Both the position numbers and the translations under genes were made by a program. A model generated the notes under the pieces. That model saw only the letters and a list, made by a program, of their open reading frames with translations. It searched no databases and was not told the DNA's origin. Of a stretch of DNA of 64,000 nucleotides, positions 54,801 through 61,626 are shown in pieces (within the stretch, counting starts at the first letter, position 1; the number at the start of each line of letters is the position of its first letter). The DNA is from Cenarchaeum sp. (GTDB taxonomy: Archaea; Thermoproteota; Nitrososphaeria; Nitrososphaerales; Nitrosopumilaceae), in the NCBI GenBank assembly GCA_965242695.1, contig CBDESU010000001.1:864001-928000 (forward strand). Direction: 5' to 3'.

Positions 54801-55169
54801 CAGGCGCTGCGCGAGGCGCGCGACACGGCCGTCATGCAGACAGCCGCCGGCTCTGCGTTCATGTCGGCGTTCAACACGGCATACTATGCCATATCGCCGC
54901 AGGTCGCCGATCTGGAGCGGGAGCATCCCATATTCAGGGATGCCGTCCGCGCCCTGATCGCCCCGATGCTCTACTCGGCGCAGATGCTCTCGCTCGCCGA
55001 GCCGGGATCGGAGGTTGATGTGCTCGCGTACGGCGCGGCGGCGATCGCCGCAATGGCCGCGCTGTACGTTACCGCGCCTACCGCAGCAGCTGCGGCCGCG
55101 GTCCGATTCGCCCCAGCGGCCGCGGTCCGATGGCGGCGCGGCGCAGGCATTCGGGCGGGCTGTCGGTAG
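39861..55169 (+). CDS. Giant (~5,100 aa) repetitive cell-surface protein B, tandem paralogue of A
   Basis: Colinear with A along its whole length; start GTG 39861 or ATG 39891. Confidence 0.88.
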   Translation: MARPSRPRLAMIGAAAASLAAIAAVAATAAVDGGGQGAILRDSPLLPEAHAHYVSYLNADGYIVGPRQVNIVFTTWLPNVDGLLDTPTISDHRSRGQAAYRGGGGTTHTITMSGPDMPTDATGSVQMHSGTIHFQAFGTHTHHVGNAFTIAIHDRQAPHIDTRVTPTLDLSEGTFKFRSTEPLRVSPGGTTAAHVGLAGLGSLTSADTVSFRGADVTIDLSTATHERLDRDVGRWPPSKTSTTMKFTTVGLREIPTSHDVTAHNHQGYDLNSGRWWLPITVVRDTVPPVLVGSPQLDFNTGVLTITLSEPATYVYMPYLFLEDRNGGSHQHVVGASYPSGLDSTVVPITLSASQLERLSAMYVATGGLRLDMHHGTVRDAAGNRNAHVGDRAIDVTPDRTKPVLDAGRAPSVDLSRQRMTVHFAEVMDVSRTDPSKILVSNQAGGSVRLSDGTVSGRDGRAVTVSFPPATKAEIADLGTPLFIVADADAFRDIQGNGNAHIPQGQDFRAPVPWLSPGSSGPVQASYTRDTSRPGIAWHSPALDLGTGLLTIRTTDVVYTDRIYARGFVLHLADSADAHRRTDLSLAGAGVASAGNYTGTMELKLTASQKAAAASASTDGAPSARITIGGWAYSDYPEGNHGWYASGAGAPVAVSADRTPPMLESDPVLNLDDGTVRLEFDEYIDASRISMSGVAVSVFANGSVLLPAGGSLLPEAEQADGTLVVLDMTDALEDAAYNAHGNGSTFTLEVPGSAFYDMSGNALAAVTNRNASATTGQAVLELASSVLDLGSGELALAFNRDISAPAPASLSDIVVAGASDGAGRTDMSGLPVSSMDSNVSISLTPGKKAALVAAHNMSGGLVMSIGPDVFADEHHHAFNGTANATLAVDVDDVPPKIVGSPRLDPFAGRLSIAFDEYIDMDRVDLGQIVLYGGGPPVSLSRATLDPLLEVNDGDELVVALEPLQVLQMHHARRASSDGVLRANITSSAVYDLSGNALEGITGEPVSVGRFEVGGGGSGTSPNQQGGAGPAFSASSPRLGAEPVGGASASFEKIPGWIGGLGPVGGDGDSPAPLYNNHEPQLPLKQIPSPIRLDLNTGVLVVELRETAFVNLSAVDLSGVVIHGNDVHVSLEGAFLDMTGATDLGYGLYASTVVVNLTAAQKAAAVEAGSGAELNIAYGAFSGFITDASITNRAIAITSDTTPPALLAGASSLDLGIGRLVLAFDEHIAAPSAVNPADFDILPAGGGDAAAARIHLDDARSISAYNGTVEVVLSDFQKALVVGARGGPSSATAGNASVSTMAVGAVRDVAGNALPALDALSVNTLADGAAPVLAAAPLLNLATGTVMLDFDEYVGAAAGIVPAQVSVTTQGGQSMSWQPQSLTTMENGTRLQFAFGDAQTAALRQANASATAPLSLGVAAEAGIADLSGNPFALAAANLTAVDDATPPALEPETLPVLDIGRGTITMRFTEHIKAGGIDISGMAVEDASGASRVHLAGAAVKPPVDPSSPYITEEDASLVITLTAAQKGAVAAAQAAAGPVRIDAPPSAITDTAGFWFAGMSNHPLDIVPDAVPPAVAGPPAPLPTLDMARGVLSVQFDESIDAGTADPSAFTLHSRPVGADSGAAPTAVLLGAATVLPAREGADATVLELELTAAQLAAVSGLAGSAGAPSVNLTMADGAVRDVSGNAFEASDVGPIAATEDDSSPMLAAEPVLDLDAGTVLVQFNEYVNASGIDLSRVSLVGLGAEAALVQLGAGGAGGSAQASAHGQYIESAGGSVRASASVLVQMTGEQKALAAHASVSEISIEEGAVDDLSANAFEGIDGALLAVIPDETAPALAGNGTYLDMGDGVLHAVFNEHVDPATIDPSYIALSISRASANGSAPSITSLAGAEPLRSSLYTADASIQLTTAQRAAVQDAINAAGDTTDAAAIEILVLPGGAASDLSGNGAARSAAPVQLRADGTAPVRQGAAVLNLADGTLTLSFDEYIDASSANASAIAIEDQADGQRTVLDGASLADISDSDRIVVLLTPAQRAAAQAANASANGPVRIDIAAAGPAFGDLAGNAFGGASNLNVSTTNDSADPELVGSPALDLNSAEATLTLRFDKRIPAGAADASGMYIQGADGTTGTTSLAGAAVSHRQVAGGGQGTDVVVRLTAAQKASVVESYRATDASAATLDISPSAVEDQWHNRFAGRAAEPLNVTADATPPVMIGAPVVDLGAGTVRISFDEYVRASSINASALSFLTGGTATTLAGAHTLTSVDGLSILLEMTADQKAAAEAEFNGAGYLTVTAGASLVSDIATNPFNPGVPAANATVHPDSKPPALLQAPPPSLDLGTGLLVLEFDEHVDVSEAKASAASIVLPPAPSSSGRTAPHPVGLSGASVASSSDGQRVEIELTAGQRGLLIAGGAASPGHAGAQLRLGQGFVLDLGENPTAAVQAVRIDVSPDGAAPSLDPEAPPTLDLGSGALRIAFTEQVDPAESDLARLSIAVSASADAPRVQLASAHVEPRDGGTTVLTLLLTRDEKGSLLASSQGGGGMLDEARLYVGTGAFSDLSGNAIAASEEAVSVSADTTRPLLDRSADPLYNSARSTIEFDFDEYVDAAAADPSKITVRSYASSPPVSIALDASSPVAPAEEGRTGSWHRIAVDLAGTPQADAVADAVAAAGAGGAGQLRIDVERGAFSDLSGNEFAWIGNHTLATADDALVPALVGPPSLDLGSGVLTLRFGEPVLAAPGVLQTSDILIGGPNGSDPIALDRSRVVAQDTGRTGASPLAEISLDAHDLARARALYLDSAGTMTITVPAADIRDRAYNEFAGLDRAHLDVVPDAAGPSLASAARPVLDMAAGILSVPFDEGIDAARIDPSGITLRLAGGGAAGTVLAGGHAYAAAGGGGSDIAPTAVVVELSHAQKAALAADAEAAEASSNADPRISIAAGSFYDVSGNAAPAVDLARLSVVPDDRPPAVDAAAAPVLDLGGRTLEIHFDEYVHAAASNLSLIDASVIDGSGDGDGRHRIPLDAARIEPSSSDDTDTVRILLTASHAAALATAVESSALIGFGDPALLVISDGAVADLSGNAIAGPAGGAGTTARLAVIPDGAPPALDPARPPVLDMSAGALTVWLDEHVDAGAADLSRLDLAAANGDSGDLIPTISLAGAAVAGPSLGSHGTDTVVVRLTHVQKAWAAAALAPDGAAITMAASAGALYDLSGNAMPATAAASPVRVAALADTAGPQLDGLPVLNLALGTLMFDLDEFADATQVAASGMSVEGADAANSTMLAGAAVSDVPHGADAGLPDTYSDRIIVAPTAAQNASIQAYAQPIRLADLPAGSLSDLAGNGIERLVQVPMVHTNDTSGPALESVKVDLRDGDVMLGFNEDIDAAGAVLSHMSLSPLGSDPSSYYLAGADLLLPPGGAQTDRMELRLSGALKASVALAYAASGSLAFAAPEGAVDDPFGNHAAMLNMTANVTVDNHPPMLLQSCPQAPVLDLGSGVLTLRFDEYVSTAGIDPSAISVRGIEGGAAPPEAVALAGSEVEAGTGALAAASGTYSDMVVVSLSPAKKAATVQSVGYDSLAARLDIGASASIADPSAVQLAAVQNAPLLVRPDHAPPHIVAGRTVLDLAAGTLVVALDEHVLPGRADASRITISGTATGAAAVRLAGATVSAAAGSSDTVTFKLTGAQAAAAAAATMMEPASGSGGNAPRHEASLRIDAGAFVDPSGNTFAGAADVRPAMTLPPVSVLGASVESPEAVLVRYTHNLTSSSAASDYSLTINGAQRAVSGVGGSGTASHTVGFGPAAASPDAAGVLDIGRLAGGIGSTLYEFSGAQDVPVSDGQGPSALSAFAVNASALTISFDEAVAGVDPSDFASVSPLGGGAPASAVSVAGSGASRLVVLDEEIFAAGAGGTIDGVPAGAYEDAAGNPGSAIDGLPVSAPSGSVRTEGTAPVYLAAGTLVRNVSGASPSIDLSGLGSSFPRTGDFVLSADGLATVTFAAGTMVSGLPAGAAPVVTVSAANRTVPDRSVIGAGQLVLVEVGSASADIVLDRPARIELAGAAGYAAFWMDAAGTVSLIDRVCTEDSLAAAEAQLGAGEECAIDAGGSKAIYTYHLSIFGAVAPPSTTPQAPGAGTCAPNPSDCLYVAATAATAAPASVGGFAATAGAPAAVSPYDGMLYAAGPATNRSLGESVYVLDPSRGHAVVDEIGLQTDPEHPARMRVLGIAPDMSSDSPLMRATAMRESSEPPVRELPMILVIDASDRTLARHGAILYTDQAGRTVESGVPALLAAAGGGASALDGLAYVGMQTMPSGVSAMRLDGGPVLLVNTTGESARVEPMYVPGGPEGVPAFPSPDAGGYYYPREGWQPTAMAADGQTLYMVGAAWQSGPAAEPSSNTFGLLTLSFASNGSAGGGDGGQEVTTPRYALAGAVELASLPDAEADNSSFTAAGMVLDPVRSRLYVQYGNGTIASYALGPAGDGQARLPSLLHVVGTAADPRGLALDAATGILYAAAGDSVLVYNASNSRRIATVEIGPGGAAGLSVSPVVPQGAGAAPVYAIPAVQGDPLRIISAIDGPPLVAAVSAQAGSYGTGSSVPISIAFTQEVVVSGGNPALALDVRRAADSPPAAALYQGGSGTRTLEFSYAVAAGDMSDDLMYAGTDALSLPAGASIAGAAGDMEDAVLALPAPGPMGGAGGAVRIDADDPAQAPPVVVVSTPAAAGPGGPAGFFGGSGSGGGGGGGSGGRTGLAVGAGPALEVSSVSWDCDRGLAWITLGGLPAGAPALPDVSILASSGTTAARVASAASGQATYEADLPEDEVFLVRAVAVDGREAASVSKTVRTGGQCAGEAVFGSGAGSAPPAAAPPSADAAAAGDESAVDPAGDAGMAEAEPPSGADAAADAAAGEDRGQAAPEPAPEPEPREEAEAAEAGADAVPAEQDEPQAQPGRDPAQPATAEPAPEDATAASDDGGGGCLVATAAYGTELAPQVQALREARDTAVMQTAAGSAFMSAFNTAYYAISPQVADLEREHPIFRDAVRALIAPMLYSAQMLSLAEPGSEVDVLAYGAAAIAAMAALYVTAPTAAAAAAVRFAPAAAVRWRRGAGIRAGCR

Positions 55170-55431
55170 GCATCTTGCCCGGGCGCAGGCACCAGGGGGT
55201 TTAGCGCCGGCCAGGGCCGGCTCTTGGCGGCTTCGAAAGGAATGCCCAGTAAAGTGCAGGTGTCTGCTTAGGATGCTGTGAACGGGCGCCCAAACAGGTC
55301 TCTTGGCGCCCAGAATGTCTGCCCACCTGCCTAGATGCGCCACACTTCACTTTACTGATGCCCCCACTACTGTTCCTCCCCTTCCCACTGCGCCGACCCT
55401 CGGCTGGGAAAGACGGCGGGCAGGGCGCGAT

Positions 55432-55755
55432 ATGCGCATTCCCACCGCCCGTTTTACCCGTAATGCCGCCGCCGGATGCTCCTCCCGCCGGCCCGAGGCT
55501 AGGCTGCTCGATCGGGACTCGTACTACTATGTCATGACCCGGGATCCGCGGTACGTCGACAAGCGGCCGAACATGGTGCGCAATGCAGCGCTCCTGGATG
55601 CCGAGTTTTCCGCCCGGTCCGAGAGATTCATGAACTACGGCTCGATCCTGCCTGCCATGAAGGAAAAGGGCATGCTCACAGGGTACAGGAGCGGGGCCGT
55701 CCTCAAGGCGCTGGCAAGGGATCGCGCAGATGAGAGCATCGACGACTATCTTTGA
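55432..55755 (+). CDS. Hypothetical protein or gene fragment
   Basis: Protein-like C-terminal half (RDSYYYVMTRDPRYVDKRPN...SIDDYL). Confidence 0.4.
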   Translation: MRIPTARFTRNAAAGCSSRRPEARLLDRDSYYYVMTRDPRYVDKRPNMVRNAALLDAEFSARSERFMNYGSILPAMKEKGMLTGYRSGAVLKALARDRADESIDDYL

Positions 55756-56237
55756 GGTCGCGACTGCGCGATACCTGCCGTGGATCCCGTTGCACGGATG
55801 CTCCATTGCCCACAGGCGGATATCTGCCGCTTTATCGGCATCGTGAGCCGCGCCGCGCGCGGCCGGCGCCTGGCATCGCAGTAGTGACCGGGAGATGTGC
55901 CTCGCCGGCTTGGCGGATGCCGCGCAAGCGTGTGGCATCCCCGCGGCGAGGCGGCGCGCCGTCGTGCCGATCCGCGCTCGGCCCGCTCGAACTCGTCGAG
56001 CTTTTTCCTGTACTCCTCGCGGAGGTGCCCGGCGCGGCATTCGGACAAGTTTCGTACATCTGGTTGCGCGCCCCGCGCCGTTTCGCGTTTTGTTTTTCGA
56101 GTTTCATGGTAGCGGGGGCGATTGCCGGAGTGCAATACGCACAACCACCCCCCCCAAGGCGGCCTTTAGGTCGTGGTCGTCCAGGCGGGACGGGATATGC
56201 ATCGGCTTGCCAACGCCGGCTAGCCGCCCGATCAAAA

Positions 56238-56804
56238 TCACCTAATTCCCAGGTCAAGATACATCGGCACCAGCCCTTCTTCGCGGTGTCCCTCCGTCTC
56301 CGTGCGCCCCTCTGCCTCGCGCAGGGGCCTATCAAGCCCAGAGTCTAGCTCTGACGGGAACCTAGCGAAGCCCATTTTTTCATAGAATCCCACCGCATCG
56401 TGATCCGAGTTGGCAAGGATTATGCGACATCCGGCATCCAAGGCCATCCGGCCTACAATTTCGATGGCGTGGGCGGTCATCTGCCTTCCTATTCCTTGCC
56501 GATCGTGCCGCTCGTCCGTGGCCAAGCGTGTAATTAGAAGGGCCGGCAAGTGCCCGTACGTGTCGATGCCCAAATCTGCTTGCCGCTCTTCGACCGCATG
56601 GCCGAGCGCCAGCATCATGTACCCGAGGATCTCCCCGTTGCGGATGGCCCAGTACATCTGCCCCATCCGCTGCTGCTGATCGTACGCCGTGTTGGCATCG
56701 AGGTATTCGGCAAACTCTGACTTTCTGCACCTAAAGTCGGCCGGGACTTCCCACAGGCCCGCCTTTACCACATCAAGTCCGCTACTGACCACGCGGAGCC
56801 ACAC
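56238..56804 (-). CDS. GNAT acetyltransferase, AtaT/TacT-like toxin
   Basis: DFRC...FAEYL, ILGYMML, PALLITRLATDERHDRQGIG, AVGFYEKMGF; probable GTG start 56804. Confidence 0.82.
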   Translation of the reverse strand: MWLRVVSSGLDVVKAGLWEVPADFRCRKSEFAEYLDANTAYDQQQRMGQMYWAIRNGEILGYMMLALGHAVEERQADLGIDTYGHLPALLITRLATDERHDRQGIGRQMTAHAIEIVGRMALDAGCRIILANSDHDAVGFYEKMGFARFPSELDSGLDRPLREAEGRTETEGHREEGLVPMYLDLGIR

Positions 56805-57051
56805 CCCCGGCTTTCTTTTTTGCCAGTGCCTCCGCCGCAAACTTCTCCCCCATGCGGCGAGCCACCTCGTCCGGGTCGAGGCGCCTCATGTTCTTCAACG
56901 TGCTCGTGTCGGGTAGGACGTTGATGGTGCGGGCAATCTCCTTGGCCCGCTCCACGGCCCGAACCTGTTCGGGGGTGGGGCCGCGCCGGATCGCGGCCAT
57001 GAACTCGGCCCACACTGCGGGAGGCAGCGGCGGTATTGCCGGTCGCACCAT
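56782..57051 (-). CDS. Putative antitoxin of the GNAT pair
   Basis: 89 aa, overlaps the GNAT start; LPPAVWAEFMAAIRRGPTP resembles the C-terminal part of DUF1778 antitoxins. Confidence 0.55.
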   Translation of the reverse strand: MVRPAIPPLPPAVWAEFMAAIRRGPTPEQVRAVERAKEIARTINVLPDTSTLKNMRRLDPDEVARRMGEKFAAEALAKKKAGGVAPRGQ

Positions 57052-57088
57052 GCGACCGCCGTCGTCACGCTGGCATATATCGTTACCT

Positions 57089-57181
57089 ATCCGGCGCCCC
57101 GCGAGCTTCCAGGCGCCACGGTATACTCGTAGCGGGCACGCCGGCGCGATCGGCACACCATCCGGCGCCCCGCGAGCTTCC
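57089..57181. repeat. 22-bp direct repeat upstream of the antitoxin
   Basis: ATCCGGCGCCCCGCGAGCTTCC at 57089-57110 and 57160-57181. Confidence 0.85.
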
Positions 57182-57596
57182 CGGCGCCCCGGCCCCTCGA
57201 TGCACTGCGCAGGAAGTTGTCCCGCGATCGTGCAGTACAACAGTCCGGCCGTAGATATTCACGGCTTTTGACAGCTCCCCCACGGCGGGCCGCGGGAGGA
57301 GGGCGCCGCGACGAGGGAGGCTTGGGCGGCAGCTGAAGGGCAGGCGCGCTTGCCGACGGGCCGGCCCCTGCGCGGCCCTACGACGCGGCGGCTCCGGACG
57401 AGGCCTCGATCGCAGGGAGCCGCCGCCGCGTCGTGGGCATGCCCGGCGCAGCCCATGGCGCCGCCCGCTTGGCGCCCTCGTCGCCGGCCACACCGACTAT
57501 ACCTGCGAGCCCCATTCGTGCCCCCTCCCGCGCCCTGCGCGCCCAAATCTGCCCCTTCTGCTCGGTTTATAACACCGCGGATGCGCCCGCCGCGCC

Positions 57597-59444
57597 GTGA
57601 AGCCGCCTGGCCTGGTGCACGACCGCAAGCTCCCAGACCCGGCGGCCCGCACGGACTGGTCGCGCGACGACGAGGCCGACAGCTTTGCCGAGACGGTAAA
57701 GCTGTTCCGGCAGGGGCGGTACGACGCGGACAGCTTTAGGCGGTTCCGCCTCCAGCACGGCGCGTACGGCACCAGAATGACGGGCGACTACGCCATGGTC
57801 CGCATAAAGGTGCCGGCCGGCGAGCTCTACCCCCGCCAGATGGAGCGGCTCGCCGACCTGTGCGAGTCGTACTCCATAGGCAGCGCGCACGTGTCTACGC
57901 GCGAGAGCGTGCAGCTCCACTGGGTCGTCCTAGAGGACGTCTCGGAGATCATGCGCGGGCTGGCCGGCGTCGGCATGACGTCGCGCGAGGCGTGCGGCAA
58001 CACGGTCCGCAACGTAATGTGCAGCCCGCTCTCGGGCGTGTGCCCCGCCGAGGCGTTCGACTCTACGCCGTACGCGCTCGCGACGGCGGCCTTCTTCCTG
58101 CGCAACCCGATGAACCAAAACCTCCCGCGCAAGTTCAAGTTCAACTTTACGTGCTGCGAGGAGCACGGCATGGCCCGCATGGTAGACGTCGGGCTCGTCC
58201 CGCAGGTCCGGCCGGCCGAGGAGGGGGGAGGCGGGCCGCGGCGCGGCTTCAAGGTCTTCCTCGGCGGCGGGCTGGGCAACAAGTCGTTCGTCGGCCACCA
58301 GCTAGAGGACTTTACCCCCGAGGAGAACCTGCTGCACACCTCGATGGCCGTACTGCGCATATTCGACCGCCTCGGCGACCGCAAGAACCTGGCGCGCAAC
58401 CGCATGCGCTACCTTGTAAACGAGATGGGGTGGGACGCGTTCCGCGAGCTCGTCCTCAGGGAGCGCGCCGTCGTGCGCGCGACCCAGCCGATCACGTCAA
58501 AGCTCGACCTGGACCTGTCGGACAGGCCCCTGCGCGAGCCGGGCGTGCGCGTGTCCGGCGGCGACGGCGCCGACCAGCCCCCTCCGGCGGGCCTAGAGAG
58601 GTGGAGGCGGACGAACACCGTCAGGCAGAGGCAGGACGGATACAGCTCGGCGTTCGTCACGCTAGAGGCCGGCGACATTGCGGCGGGCCAGCTGCGGGCG
58701 CTTGCGGCCGCCTGCCGCGACTTTTCGTGCGAGGGCATGGCGCGGCTCGGCTTTGCCCAGGACATCGTGATTCGCCACGTCAGGGACGAGGACCTCGGGG
58801 CGCTCTACGCCCGGCTGTCCGGCGCCGGCCTTGCAAAGTCGGGCGCCCTCACGATGGCCAGCCCCGTCGGCTGCTCGGGGACCACATCGTGCAACCTGGC
58901 CCTGACCAACTCGCACCGCCTCGCCAAGGAGGTGCAGCGCAAGTTCTTGGAGCTCGGCATGGACACGGACGGCGACCTGGCCGGCAGCACGATAAAGATC
59001 AGCGGCTGCCCAAACTCTTGCGGCCAGCACGGGATAGCGACGATCGGGTTCTACGGCGGCGGGTCAAAGGCGGACGGCCGCATGTACCCCGTGTACCAGA
59101 TGTCTGTCGGCGGCAGGCACGACGGCTCTACGATGCTCGGCGTCAACTGCATGAGGATACCGGCAAGGCGCGTCGTCGAGACCGTCCTGCGGATCATAGA
59201 GCTGTTTCGCGAGGAGAGGGGCGCGCCCGGGGGGGCTGCGGCGCCGGCGACCCTAAAGGAGTGGGCGCACGCCGTCGCGGCCGGCGCCGGCGCCGGCGCC
59301 GTGCGGTCCGTCGCCGACCTCAAGGCAAGGCTCGCGCCGCTCGCCGAGCCGCCGTCCTACGAGGACGACCCAGACTTCTACACCGACCACGGCGCCGACG
59401 CCGCATACCACGCAAGGACAGGCAAGGGTGAGTGCGCCGCTTGA
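57597..59444 (+). CDS. Ferredoxin-type sulfite/nitrite reductase (siroheme, 4Fe-4S)
   Basis: RLQHGAYG, STRESVQLH, CGNTVRN, NLPRKFK, CSGTTSCNLA, SGCPNSCGQH. Confidence 0.93.
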   Translation: MKPPGLVHDRKLPDPAARTDWSRDDEADSFAETVKLFRQGRYDADSFRRFRLQHGAYGTRMTGDYAMVRIKVPAGELYPRQMERLADLCESYSIGSAHVSTRESVQLHWVVLEDVSEIMRGLAGVGMTSREACGNTVRNVMCSPLSGVCPAEAFDSTPYALATAAFFLRNPMNQNLPRKFKFNFTCCEEHGMARMVDVGLVPQVRPAEEGGGGPRRGFKVFLGGGLGNKSFVGHQLEDFTPEENLLHTSMAVLRIFDRLGDRKNLARNRMRYLVNEMGWDAFRELVLRERAVVRATQPITSKLDLDLSDRPLREPGVRVSGGDGADQPPPAGLERWRRTNTVRQRQDGYSSAFVTLEAGDIAAGQLRALAAACRDFSCEGMARLGFAQDIVIRHVRDEDLGALYARLSGAGLAKSGALTMASPVGCSGTTSCNLALTNSHRLAKEVQRKFLELGMDTDGDLAGSTIKISGCPNSCGQHGIATIGFYGGGSKADGRMYPVYQMSVGGRHDGSTMLGVNCMRIPARRVVETVLRIIELFREERGAPGGAAAPATLKEWAHAVAAGAGAGAVRSVADLKARLAPLAEPPSYEDDPDFYTDHGADAAYHARTGKGECAA

Positions 59445-60238
59445 GCGGCGTACTCGCCGGAGCCGACGAGGTCCGCTCAGAGGTCGGCGACGGGAGCATA
59501 AAGGTCATCGACGTGCGGCGCGCCGACGAGTACGCCGCCGGCCACGTGCCCGGCGCCGTCAGCATGCCGCTGTCGTCCCTGCTCGCCGACGACGGCGCCG
59601 CCTCGGCGGCGCGCCTGTTCGGATCCCTCGGCATCGGCGACGAGGACAGGGTCGCCGTGTACGACGACACGTTCGGCGCCCTTGCATCCCGGGTCGCCTG
59701 GACGCTAGAGTACATTGGGCACCGCGGCGGCGTCTCGCTGCTCGGCGTCACGTACGCAGGCTGGCGCTCCACGGGGCTCGACGTGCAGGAGGGCAGGGCC
59801 GATCATGCGGGGGCAAGGGCCGAGCACTCGGCCGTCCAGCGCGAGTCGATGGCGGCGACGGCCTCGTACGTGGAGGACGCGATCGGCCGCGGCGGGACCG
59901 TCCTGCTCGACAACCGCGAGCGCCTAAACTACCTAGAGCAGCACATACCCGGGGCCGTCAGCATGCCGTACCGCATGCTCGGCTCGACGGACGCGGTGCT
60001 AAAGCCGGCCGCCCTCCTGGGGCGGCTGTTCGAGAACCGCGGCGTCTCGCCCGGAAGCGAGGTCGTCACGTACTGCGGCAGCGTCGGCACGCTGTCCGGC
60101 CTTGCGTACTATGCCCTCAGGGAGGCTGGGATGGCGCCTGCCAGGCTGTACGTCCGCTCGTTCCGCGAGTGGAAAGAGCTGAAAAAGCCCGTCGAGCGGC
60201 AAGAGCACGCAAACTACTGGGACCTGTCGGCCGAGTAG
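59432..60238 (+). CDS. Two-domain rhodanese / sulfurtransferase
   Basis: DVRRADEYAAGHVPGA, HIPGA, YCGSVGTLS; likely TTG start 59441 overlapping the reductase stop. Confidence 0.92.
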   Translation: MRRLSGVLAGADEVRSEVGDGSIKVIDVRRADEYAAGHVPGAVSMPLSSLLADDGAASAARLFGSLGIGDEDRVAVYDDTFGALASRVAWTLEYIGHRGGVSLLGVTYAGWRSTGLDVQEGRADHAGARAEHSAVQRESMAATASYVEDAIGRGGTVLLDNRERLNYLEQHIPGAVSMPYRMLGSTDAVLKPAALLGRLFENRGVSPGSEVVTYCGSVGTLSGLAYYALREAGMAPARLYVRSFREWKELKKPVERQEHANYWDLSAE

Positions 60239-60253
60239 CGGCGCAGCCCGCCG

Positions 60254-61516
60254 CTACATCTGCCGCTGCCCGACCTCGCTGCGCAGCTGCTTTGTGACCG
60301 CCGTCTCGATATTCTCGAACACGGCGAGCATCTTCTTGCGGTTGTCCTCTAGGTACTCGGCGCCGTGGTCGCCGAGCCGGATCTTCCAGAGGCGTATCTC
60401 GCGGTGCTCCTCGAAGAACTGCTCGATCATGCGCCCGCCGTGCCGCTTGGGGTCGACGAGGTCGTCGAACCCCGCTCCTATGCGCTCTAGGTCGCCCTCC
60501 TCGATGGCCGCCTTCGTATCCTGGACGGTCTGGCCGAGCTCCTTTAGGCTGCGCACCTCGCCGGGCAGCCCCCTGCGGACCCTCTTGACGCCGAGCAGCC
60601 CGCGCTTTGTCGTGCCGACCCTGCGCGCGATATCCTCGGCAAGGTCGTACGTCGGGATGCGGTGCAGCCCCTCCCTCTTCTCGTGGCGGACGATCAGGCC
60701 CTTTTCGAGCAGCTTTTGGAGGGCGTCCTCGGCGTCGGCCCTGCTCAGGAACGTCGTCCATACGATGGCGCCGATCGTGTGGTAGCCCTGCCGGACGGAC
60801 TCTAGCACGACGACCTCTATTATGCGGCGGAACCCGTCCTCGACGCGGACGTTTGCAAAGTCGCGGTCCTTTACGGCCTTGCGGGCGTTCTTCACGTCGA
60901 TCTCGATGGACCTCTTGAGGGCCTCGATGGCCTCTGGGATCTGCATGAGCAGCGACAGGTAGCAGCCCCTGTTGTACCAGGCCATGCCGTAGTTGCGGTC
61001 AGAGTCGATCGCCTTCTCGGCGCAGTCCAGCGCCTTTGCGTAGTTCTTCTGCTCGTAGTGGACGAGCGACTTTAGGTTCCACGCCTCGGCGTTGGCCACG
61101 TCGATGTCGAGTATGCGGTCGTACACCCTGAGCGCGTCAGAGTGCTCGTTGAGGTGGAACCTTGCATAGCCGAGCTTTAGCAGCGTCTCGACGCTGCCGG
61201 GGTCGAGGCGGAGGGCCTGCTCGAAGGCGTGGGCGGCCTCCTCTAGCTTCTCGTCGGCCATGAGGTTGACGCCCTTCTTGAAGAGCTTTTTGCGCTGGTA
61301 GTCCGAGTCGGTCAGGACGGCGTCGGACCTGCGGCGGACGGCGGGGAGGTCCGGCGCCTTGCCGCCCTTGCCGCTGCCGGCGGCGCCGGGGGCGGGGGCG
61401 TCCGCGGGCGGGGCGCCGGGGGCAGGGGGGTCGCCCGCGGCTGGCTGGGCCGAGGAGGATGGGGGGGAAGAAGAAGGGCTGCCGCCCGAGGCCCTGCGCC
61501 CAAAGGGTCGCTTCAC
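60254..61516 (-). CDS. TPR protein with central winged-helix-like segment
   Basis: TPRs (AEAWNLKSLVHY, AWYNRGCYLS), then LESVRQGYHTIGAI...ALQKLLEKGLI. Confidence 0.85.
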   Translation of the reverse strand: MKRPFGRRASGGSPSSSPPSSSAQPAAGDPPAPGAPPADAPAPGAAGSGKGGKAPDLPAVRRRSDAVLTDSDYQRKKLFKKGVNLMADEKLEEAAHAFEQALRLDPGSVETLLKLGYARFHLNEHSDALRVYDRILDIDVANAEAWNLKSLVHYEQKNYAKALDCAEKAIDSDRNYGMAWYNRGCYLSLLMQIPEAIEALKRSIEIDVKNARKAVKDRDFANVRVEDGFRRIIEVVVLESVRQGYHTIGAIVWTTFLSRADAEDALQKLLEKGLIVRHEKREGLHRIPTYDLAEDIARRVGTTKRGLLGVKRVRRGLPGEVRSLKELGQTVQDTKAAIEEGDLERIGAGFDDLVDPKRHGGRMIEQFFEEHREIRLWKIRLGDHGAEYLEDNRKKMLAVFENIETAVTKQLRSEVGQRQM

Positions 61517-61626
61517 GGGCCGGCAACGGCCCCTTTAGATAAATACCAACCGCGCGGCGCGCCCCCTCGGGACGGCGCAGGGGCGCCCATTAAAGGCAAA
61601 AATACAAGCGGGATGGCGCCGCGGGC

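Noticed and set aside
24304-55169. Diversity-generating retroelement template/variable pair
   Set aside because: No reverse transcriptase is present, and the paralogue differences are gene-wide rather than adenine-specific in a short repeat.
55746-56144. Minus-strand gene (MKLEKQNAK.../HLREEYRKKLDEFE)
   Set aside because: Only short protein-like pieces in different frames with no recognisable family; too weak to call.
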